Assembly: GCA_038740245.1 (NCBI GenBank)
Contig: JAVYLZ010000016.1
Coordinates: 1 to 13,250 of the forward strand
Length of the DNA: 13,250 bases
Source of the DNA: Candidatus Micrarchaeia archaeon
Lineage (GTDB): Archaea > Micrarchaeota > Micrarchaeia > CAILAH01
Direction of reading: 5' to 3'
The number at the start of each line of letters is the position of its first letter. Positions within the stretch are counted from its first letter, which is position 1. The translations under genes were made by a program, and so were the position numbers. The notes beneath the pieces were generated by a model. That model was given only the letters and a program-made list of their open reading frames with translations, searched no databases and was not told the DNA's origin. Positions 6,774-13,250 of this stretch are shown here, in pieces.

Positions 6774-7238
6774 ATGCAAAAAATTATGCTTGTGATTTTG
6801 GCAGTTGCAATTCTCGGCGGGGTTGTTTCCGCCGGCTGTGCGCTTGACGCCTACAAGAAGGCGTGCGCGAGCTGCCCCTTTGATGCAAACGGCAGGATAG
6901 ACCAGTCCTGCTCAAGTGGGTACAGGGCATCTGGTGTGGCATGCGTGAGCACGTCCTACCCAATAATGAGCACGAAGTATTCGGCCGGCGAATGCCCCGC
7001 GGTTGACGCGTGCGCAGCAGAGCTTACATCTTGCGTTGCGCAGTACTCAACCGGCAACGACAGGGCGGACTGCCAGGCGGGGGATGTGGCAGTATGCTAC
7101 GCAGCCTCCGACAAATGCGTGGAGAGAGCAGCAATAAAATGCGGTGAGATTGAGAAGGAGTGCCCCGGCAGTTCCGGCCTTATCCTGTTTGCACTGGCGC
7201 TTGGGCTGTTTGTGCGCACCTCGCACAGGGTTGGCTAG
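6774..7238 (+). CDS. Secreted Cys-rich protein with a C-terminal membrane anchor
   Basis: Signal peptide MQKIMLVILAVAILGGVVSA, 13 Cys, C-terminal CPGSSGLILFALALGLFVR. Confidence 0.8.
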   Translation: MQKIMLVILAVAILGGVVSAGCALDAYKKACASCPFDANGRIDQSCSSGYRASGVACVSTSYPIMSTKYSAGECPAVDACAAELTSCVAQYSTGNDRADCQAGDVAVCYAASDKCVERAAIKCGEIEKECPGSSGLILFALALGLFVRTSHRVG

Positions 7239-7249
7239 CGTTTGCACTT

Positions 7250-8047
7250 TTAGTATACGTGCTTTCCCTGTGCTATAATCTCTGTGTGCAGGGAATCCCC
7301 CTTTTTTACTTCGGCTATATGCCTGTCATCAAACCCAAAATTGTATATGAGCACAGAATCCGGTGCGGTAAGCGCACGCAGGTTGCCCAGTGCAATTGTT
7401 TGCTTTTCCCTGTCAAAATGCACGAGCAGGTTTGAGCACCGGATTACATCAAATTGCCATATAAAGTAAATGTTTGCAACATGCTCCATATACTCGGCAG
7501 GCTTGAGCACGTCAAACGGGAAAAATATCAGCAAGGAACCACCGATTTGCTGTTCTGTAAATTCATTCTGCAGTATGTCCCCGCCGAATATGCGGTGCCC
7601 GCTGCCAAACTCATCGTTCAAATGCATAAGCAGCTCAACGGTCGTTATGCCAATCATATTTGTTTCTTCATCGTACCCGCCAATGCCCACATCAAGCACC
7701 TTCAGCGGCTTCTGCTTCGGCATTATCTCCCGCAATATATTTGAGATGGCGATTTCCGTATCTGCAAGGCGCCTGCTTTTGGTGTTTGTGGCTGTGCGCC
7801 GGGACAATTCCTCAACCATCCTGTCCTGCAGTTCCTTGCTTGCCAGTATTGTTTCCAAAAATTTTGGATAGTTTTTGCACACTATGCTTAGCGGTGCGCC
7901 GGTAATTTTGCTTACAGTGTAAATTGAAAGTATGGATGCAATCCCTTCATGCTGCAGCCCGTTTTTTGCACGCTCAAAGTTGATCCTGCGCTGAAGCTCA
8001 ATGCATTCCTTTGATGTAATGATGGAGCTGAGCTCTTTAAACGACAC
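7250..8047 (-). CDS. Class I SAM-dependent methyltransferase-fold protein, CheR-like (paralog 2)
   Basis: VLDVGIG, IFGGDI, FPFDVL, FDVIRCSNLLVHF; clear motif-by-motif similarity to 5891-6691; GTG start. Confidence 0.65.
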   Translation of the reverse strand: MSFKELSSIITSKECIELQRRINFERAKNGLQHEGIASILSIYTVSKITGAPLSIVCKNYPKFLETILASKELQDRMVEELSRRTATNTKSRRLADTEIAISNILREIMPKQKPLKVLDVGIGGYDEETNMIGITTVELLMHLNDEFGSGHRIFGGDILQNEFTEQQIGGSLLIFFPFDVLKPAEYMEHVANIYFIWQFDVIRCSNLLVHFDREKQTIALGNLRALTAPDSVLIYNFGFDDRHIAEVKKGDSLHTEIIAQGKHVY

Positions 8048-8070
8048 GGTTCTTTATTGGGGATTACGGG

Positions 8071-8080
8071 TTAAATATTT
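8071..8080. promoter_or_regulatory. Candidate bidirectional TATA element shared by uvsE and methyltransferase paralog 2
   Basis: ttaaatattt lies roughly 20-30 nt from both divergent start codons (8047 and 8101). Confidence 0.45.
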
Positions 8081-8100
8081 TTTGATTTCAATAGGCGACT

Positions 8101-8991
8101 ATGAAACTGGGCTACCCGTGCATAAACAGGGGTATCGGCTGCACGGCCAACACAACATTCCGCCTTGCATCATACTCACACGCCCGCATGCGGGAATGCA
8201 TCTCAAACAACCTCGCCTGCCTTGAAAGAATACTGAAGTTCAACCTTGAAAACCGCCTGATGTTCTTCCGCATCTCCTCTGATATTGTGCCGTTCGCTTC
8301 GCACCCCGTATGCGATTATGATTGGGCGGGCATACACGGGGCCCATTTTCGGAGGATTGGCAGGTTCATACGGGAAAACGGGATGCGCATCTCAATGCAC
8401 CCTGACCAGTTTGTGCTGATAAATTCAAATGAGAAGGGAGTGGTGCAGCGTAGCATTGCTGAATTGGAGTACCACGCAAAGGTGCTTGATGCAATGGGCC
8501 TTAAGAAAGATGCCAAGATACAGATACATGTAGGCGGCGAGTATGGTGATAAGCGGCAGGCGACCATGCGATTTTGTGACGTGTACTCCACACTGCCGCG
8601 TGCAGTTGCGCGCCGGCTTGTAATAGAGAATGATGACCGCCTGTATTCCCTAAGGGATTGCCTTGCAATTTCCGCCAAAACAGGTGTTCCTGTCTTGTTT
8701 GATGTGTTCCACCATGCCTGCCTTAACAATGGTGAAGGCGTGCGTGAAGCACTGGGGCAGGCAGCCGGGACATGGGGGATACGCGACGGTGTGCCTATGG
8801 TGGATTACAGCGAGCAGAAGAAAGGCGCGAGGGCCGGCACGCATGCGGACCGCATTAACGTACGCAGATTTTTGGATTTTGTGAATGAAACGAGGCCGCT
8901 GGATTTTGACGTTATGCTTGAGATAAAGGATAAGGAGAAGAGCGCACTGCGGGCCAGGGATGCACTTCTGAAGCTTGGCATAATGCTATGA
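8101..8991 (+). CDS. uvsE: UV DNA damage endonuclease (UVDE)
   Basis: MKLGYPCIN, FFRISSDIVPFASHP, RISMHPDQFVLINS, IHVGG, LVIENDD, FDVFHH, HAD, DVMLEIKDKE motifs. Confidence 0.95.
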   Translation: MKLGYPCINRGIGCTANTTFRLASYSHARMRECISNNLACLERILKFNLENRLMFFRISSDIVPFASHPVCDYDWAGIHGAHFRRIGRFIRENGMRISMHPDQFVLINSNEKGVVQRSIAELEYHAKVLDAMGLKKDAKIQIHVGGEYGDKRQATMRFCDVYSTLPRAVARRLVIENDDRLYSLRDCLAISAKTGVPVLFDVFHHACLNNGEGVREALGQAAGTWGIRDGVPMVDYSEQKKGARAGTHADRINVRRFLDFVNETRPLDFDVMLEIKDKEKSALRARDALLKLGIML

Positions 8992-9060
8992 ACGGGTTTT
9001 GGGGTTTACTTAAGAAATGTTTGAAAGGGTATAAAAAGGAGTATGGCACCATATTAAAAC

Positions 9061-10419
9061 ATGGGCGGCCGCAGCGAGCACATCCCTAAAAAGGGGAGTG
9101 CGCAAAAGATGCTGGAGGTTGTTGACAAGATAAAAGCGCTATTTGAGATGCCCCCGCTTCTTGAGCCCGCATTTGCAGGCGTGCCGGCCGGCAGCATTAA
9201 ATTATTGCAGGCCAAGCCGCAAGAGGCCCGTGAAAATCTCATTTATTTTGATACCGGCCCATTCCCAAAAAAGGGCACACCCGAGAGGATGATTGAGGAG
9301 TGGGAGCGCGAGATTGAGGTGCTTTACCCGTCTGAACTTAGCGCGGGTGCCGCACATGCAGCCAAAGCGCTGGGCAAGCATGTGATTACAACAAATGAGT
9401 CGCAGGTGATAGTGGACCGGCTGCGCAAGGCACCGGGCGCGTGCCATGAGCATATTGCCTATGAAGCCGCCAAGATGCTCAAGTTCCAGGAAGTTACGAG
9501 ATATTTATTGCATATTGTTGCGGGTGCCTCTGCCGAGGATTACGTGTTTATGCCCAATGAATCGCTTAAGGATATATATGCAAGACCGCCGGACAAGTTT
9601 TACAAGAGCCGTGAGGAGTATGCTGCATACTTAGTGCCCAAATCAGAGCAGGAGCACATAAGCTTCCTGAGAAGGGTCTTTATGTTCATCGCACGCATAT
9701 GGAAAAAGATTGTCGGAAATATTGAGGACGATGCAATAAACCGGCCGTACATGGCGCACTTTTACGACCCGACACGGCCGCTTGGTGAGCGCGGGCTCAC
9801 AATACAGGTCGGGGACAGCAAGGTCATTTTCCAGAGTGCCGTTTACCGGGTAGTGCGGTACTGGGAGCTTGCAGAGAAATATTATGCAGTGGGCAAGATG
9901 GGCAAGGCGTATACAGCGCTCGGCCATATGGTTCATCTGATAAGTGATCTGCACGTGCCTGCGCATGTCCACAACGATATCCACGGCCCGACAATACTTC
10001 TCGGCAAGCTTGATTCGCTTGAGCAGTGGTGCAAGGAAAAGAGCTACCAGCCGCCCAATCCTTCTGAAGCGCTCAGGCCGCTTGACCGGATGAACATTGC
10101 AATGTGGACGAGCAGGAGCGAGCCGCCCCCGGCAATACGTGATGAGGACGTGTGGACCCCTGATAATGTTAAGGGGAAATTGCTTGATTTCTGCAAAAGC
10201 ATTGCGCTTGAGACACAGAAATATAAGAGTGTGGATGCGCCCGGCACAATGCCCGGCCAATTCATGACCGGCAAGCTCACGCCGGATGAGTGCTACTACC
10301 AGGCGCAGGAGCTCATCCCGCGCGCAATCAGGAATTCGGCATACCTTATGGCACAGTTTGTGCTGTACCACCGCAAATACACAAAGCAGATAGATCCCAC
10401 TAAGCCAATCCAAATTTAA
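9061..10419 (+). CDS. Zn-dependent phospholipase C / S1-P1 nuclease fold protein
   Basis: CHEHIA, GASAED, HFYDP, LGHMVHLISDLHVPAHV and downstream DSLEQW fit the tri-zinc ligand pattern; TATA-like tataaaaa at 9030-9037. Confidence 0.7.
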   Translation: MGGRSEHIPKKGSAQKMLEVVDKIKALFEMPPLLEPAFAGVPAGSIKLLQAKPQEARENLIYFDTGPFPKKGTPERMIEEWEREIEVLYPSELSAGAAHAAKALGKHVITTNESQVIVDRLRKAPGACHEHIAYEAAKMLKFQEVTRYLLHIVAGASAEDYVFMPNESLKDIYARPPDKFYKSREEYAAYLVPKSEQEHISFLRRVFMFIARIWKKIVGNIEDDAINRPYMAHFYDPTRPLGERGLTIQVGDSKVIFQSAVYRVVRYWELAEKYYAVGKMGKAYTALGHMVHLISDLHVPAHVHNDIHGPTILLGKLDSLEQWCKEKSYQPPNPSEALRPLDRMNIAMWTSRSEPPPAIRDEDVWTPDNVKGKLLDFCKSIALETQKYKSVDAPGTMPGQFMTGKLTPDECYYQAQELIPRAIRNSAYLMAQFVLYHRKYTKQIDPTKPIQI

Positions 10420-10452
10420 CTAATTTAAATCCATAGGGCAATATATTGCTGT

Positions 10453-11310
10453 ATGTCAGTGTCCGCACAGGCACAGAGGGAGCGCGAGCGCAAGGAGCAG
10501 GAGGAGCTTGAGGAGAAGAGGCGGCGTGCACGCGACCGCGAATTCCAGAAGAAGGAGCAGCCGCCCGCACCGCAGCCGCCAGCACCCAAAGTTGAGGTTA
10601 AGCGGCAGGAGGGCGGCCCAAAGCAGCAGGCAGAGCCGTCGGTCAAGACCAACGTTGCAGAAAAGGAATTTGTTTCAGATGAGATGCAGGGGATGGTGTC
10701 CAAGGACTACCGTGCCAAGGAAGAGATTACGGTGTCCAAAACCGATTACATTGAAGAGGAGCGCAAGCGCAAGGAAGAGGATGCCGCAAAGCAGAAGGAG
10801 CTTGTGAAGGAGGGTGCCCGTGCCGAGAAAGTGCGCGAGGAGCAGAAAGCGGAGCGCAAGGAGAAGGAGCACGGGGAAGCTGAGAAGCAGGTTAGGGAGG
10901 CGCACAAGCGGGTTGAGGAGGAGCGGCGGGAAGCGCACAAGCGCGAAGCGGAGGAGGCGCGCAAGGCCGCGGCAAAGGAAGCGCAGAAGCAGGTTGAGGA
11001 GGCTCACAAGAAGGTTGAGGCGCAGCGGAAAGAGCAGCACAAGCGTGCCGAGGAACAGCGCAGGGAGCGCATTGAAAATTCAAAGAAGGAGATTGAGCGC
11101 CAGATAGCAAGCCACGAGAAGGAGGCGAAAAAGCGGACTGAGCGCGTGCACACACTGCAGCGGCAGCTTGATGAGCGCAAGCGCGCACTCACCCGTGAGA
11201 TTGCCACACTGCAAAAGATACTGCTTCGCCCTGCAAAGGGCTCAAAGGAGGCGCTTAAAAACGTGGTAGGCTCAATTGACGGGATTGTAAAAGCACTTAC
11301 AAAGAAATAA
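10453..11310 (+). CDS. Highly charged alpha-helical/coiled-coil protein with an internal repeat
   Basis: E/K/R-rich 285-aa ORF, Pro-rich linker (QPPAPQPPAP), 34-aa internal repeat; TATA-like tttaaat at 10424-10430. Confidence 0.8.
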   Translation: MSVSAQAQRERERKEQEELEEKRRRARDREFQKKEQPPAPQPPAPKVEVKRQEGGPKQQAEPSVKTNVAEKEFVSDEMQGMVSKDYRAKEEITVSKTDYIEEERKRKEEDAAKQKELVKEGARAEKVREEQKAERKEKEHGEAEKQVREAHKRVEEERREAHKREAEEARKAAAKEAQKQVEEAHKKVEAQRKEQHKRAEEQRRERIENSKKEIERQIASHEKEAKKRTERVHTLQRQLDERKRALTREIATLQKILLRPAKGSKEALKNVVGSIDGIVKALTKK

Positions 11311-11318
11311 GTAGTGGC

Positions 11319-13022
11319 TCAATCGCATTTTATGAATTTCAAAAGTCCATTTTCATTTGAGTCCACAATATAGAACCCCATCCGCTCAAGCTGTACCCTG
11401 TCTCCCTTTTTGAGTGCCACACATGACGGCTCGCATACACCGTTCTTGCGGGCCATACTCTCCGGGTTGAACTCGCCGTCTTTTAGCAGCTCGCCTGGCA
11501 CGTAAACCTCTGCATTGATGCACCCATGCACAGGTGCCCACTGTATCTTCTTTGTGTTGGCCAGCAGTTCAGTGCCCATATACGTACCTGAGATTGCCCC
11601 TTCGCCGATGGAATCAACCCGTACATTGTAAAGCTCCTTGAGCCTAAAGACATCACCAGCCCTGAGCTGGGTTGCATCGTCCCCATCGATGTAAAACTCT
11701 GTGCCCACATTAAACTCGCGCACACCGAGCGCCTTATTTGTTGGGTGTGCCGGCATTGTGATTTTTTGCGACTGTGCGCCTGCCACTACCACTTTCACAG
11801 GGTTGGTTACAAGGAAATAGTGCGGCGCAACCGGATCAAGCAGTTTCCTGTTTTCAATGAGGACAGCATCAAGCGGCGGCTCACTCTCAACCTTGCTTAT
11901 GCCAAATGAAAGCACAAACTTTCGTATTGCCTCAGGCAGTATCCCTCTTCTCCTGAGGCCTGCAAGCGTTGGCAGGCGCGGGTCATCCCAGCCCCATAGC
12001 TTGCCGCTCTCCACCAGCGGCCTGAGCAGGCGCTTTGAGACGGGTGCATTGCGTATCGCCAGCCGTGATATTGAAATCATCTTGGGTATGCGCAGGCCGA
12101 GCTTCTCAAGCAGGTATACGTACAATTCATCCCTGAGCTCATACTCCTTTGACCGTATGGGGTGTGTTATGCCGAGCAGCGAGTCCATGACAGCCCCCTG
12201 AAAATCATAAGTTGGCCATACCCTGTACTTCGTGCCCTGCCTGTAATGCGGTGTCGTGATAATCCTGAAAAGGGTTGGGTCCCTCATAACTGTATTAAGC
12301 GATTCCATATCACCCTTGAGCCGTATTGTTGCGCCGCCTTCCTCAATTTCACCGGACAGCATTCTACGCCATAGCTCCATGCTCTTTTGGGGGGTGTGTG
12401 CACCGCAGGCGCACCGTACCTTTTTCTCGCGGCCTTCGGCAACTTTCTCTTGCGGGCAGGTGCACGCATAGGCCCCGCCCTCAAGTATCAGCTTTTCGCA
12501 CAATTCATACATTTTAGGAAGCCAGTCGCTGCAGTATACCTCCTCATCCCACGTGAGCCCAAGCCAGCGTATCCCGTCCTTTATCGCATCAACAAACTCC
12601 GCTTTTTCGGCTTCAGGGTTGGTGTCATCCCACCTCAGAATTATTTTTCCGTTGTACTTGCGTGCAATCTCTCCCGAGATGCAGAACGCTTTTGCGTGGC
12701 CTATGTGCGGCCACCCGTTCGGCTCAGGCGGGAACCGCACCACAACCCTCCCGGGCACGGCATCGGGCACATCTATGCCTTTCTCCTCCTCCTTTTTCTG
12801 CTCAAAAGTGTAATTTGAGAGTTCTTTCTCAATCTCATCGCGTGCAAGTGTGTTCACATAAGCGACAGCCTTCGCTATCACCTGCATCGTTGCCTTCATG
12901 TCAGCCTTGGCATCAGGGCACTCAGCAATCACCTTGCCCACAACGTTGCCGGGCGACGCTTTCCCGTAATCGTATGCGTTCTTGAGCGCGTGCTTGCGCG
13001 CCGATTCCTCAATGCTTGGCAT
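11319..13022 (-). CDS. gltX: Glutamate--tRNA ligase (archaeal type)
   Basis: RFPPEPNGWPHIGH, RWDDTNP, MRDPTLFRI, VWPTYDF, PVSKR (KMSKS equivalent), GWDDPRLPTL, QLERMGF. ATG at 13022 (preceded by GGTG) or GTG at 13031. Confidence 0.96.
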   Translation of the reverse strand: MPSIEESARKHALKNAYDYGKASPGNVVGKVIAECPDAKADMKATMQVIAKAVAYVNTLARDEIEKELSNYTFEQKKEEEKGIDVPDAVPGRVVVRFPPEPNGWPHIGHAKAFCISGEIARKYNGKIILRWDDTNPEAEKAEFVDAIKDGIRWLGLTWDEEVYCSDWLPKMYELCEKLILEGGAYACTCPQEKVAEGREKKVRCACGAHTPQKSMELWRRMLSGEIEEGGATIRLKGDMESLNTVMRDPTLFRIITTPHYRQGTKYRVWPTYDFQGAVMDSLLGITHPIRSKEYELRDELYVYLLEKLGLRIPKMISISRLAIRNAPVSKRLLRPLVESGKLWGWDDPRLPTLAGLRRRGILPEAIRKFVLSFGISKVESEPPLDAVLIENRKLLDPVAPHYFLVTNPVKVVVAGAQSQKITMPAHPTNKALGVREFNVGTEFYIDGDDATQLRAGDVFRLKELYNVRVDSIGEGAISGTYMGTELLANTKKIQWAPVHGCINAEVYVPGELLKDGEFNPESMARKNGVCEPSCVALKKGDRVQLERMGFYIVDSNENGLLKFIKCD

Positions 13023-13033
13023 TATAAACACCG

Positions 13034-13250
13034 TTAAAGCAATGCCTGCACCATACGGTCAATGGCAGGGCACGGCTTCATCTTATATGATACCGTTACA
13101 GCTGGCTTGTTTAAGCGTAGCAACTTAGTTAAATCTGTGGGTGTGGCAAGCACCACCGCATCACACTTAGCAGCGTTAAGTGTTGCCTCCAAATCACTCA
13201 GCTGCGATGGTGAATACCCGACCGCGGGCACTACACGGTCAATGTGCGGG
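13034..13250 (-). CDS. C-terminal part of a COG2403 predicted GTPase / cyclic 2,3-diphosphoglycerate synthetase-like protein
   Basis: PHIDRVVPAVGYSPSQLSDLEATLNAAKCDAVVLATPTDLTKLLRLNKPAVTVSY matches the family C-terminus as I recall it; 5' part lies outside the window. Confidence 0.75.
   Translation of the reverse strand, partial: PHIDRVVPAVGYSPSQLSDLEATLNAAKCDAVVLATPTDLTKLLRLNKPAVTVSYKMKPCPAIDRMVQALL

Noticed and set aside
5877..8047. Integrated element at the tRNA 3' end
   Set aside because: No integrase and no duplicated tRNA 3' end (att site) seen in the window.
9643..11207. Long minus-strand ORFs such as 9643-10413 and 10675-11040
   Set aside because: Antisense shadows of plus-strand genes caused by codon bias and low complexity.

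Overview
Archaeal genomic window, probably DPANN/Micrarchaeota-like (inferred from rpl40e, archaeal GluRS, DGGGP synthase, TATA boxes just upstream of start codons and a multi-intron tRNA). Left to right: an ABC-2 permease with a large extracellular coiled-coil insert (runs off the left edge, missing from the ORF track), its ATPase, a 4-TM protein, a thioredoxin-CcdA/DsbD-like fusion, a UbiA-family DGGGP synthase, rpl40e, tRNA-Leu(UAA), two paralogous CheR-like SAM-methyltransferase-fold genes flanking a Cys-rich secreted protein, uvsE, a Zn-phospholipase C/S1-P1-fold protein, a charged helical protein, gltX and the 3' end of a COG2403-like gene. The most notable feature is tRNA-Leu(UAA) at 5627-5890, split by two long introns (106 nt at 37/38, 72 nt at 59/60). 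Intron 1 carries a box C/D-type K-turn next to a 12-nt antisense element whose D+5 position falls on the tRNA's own wobble U34. This looks like an intron-encoded self-methylation guide, an arrangement I know only from euryarchaeal tRNA-Trp. All structures were read by eye; no folding or database searches were run.
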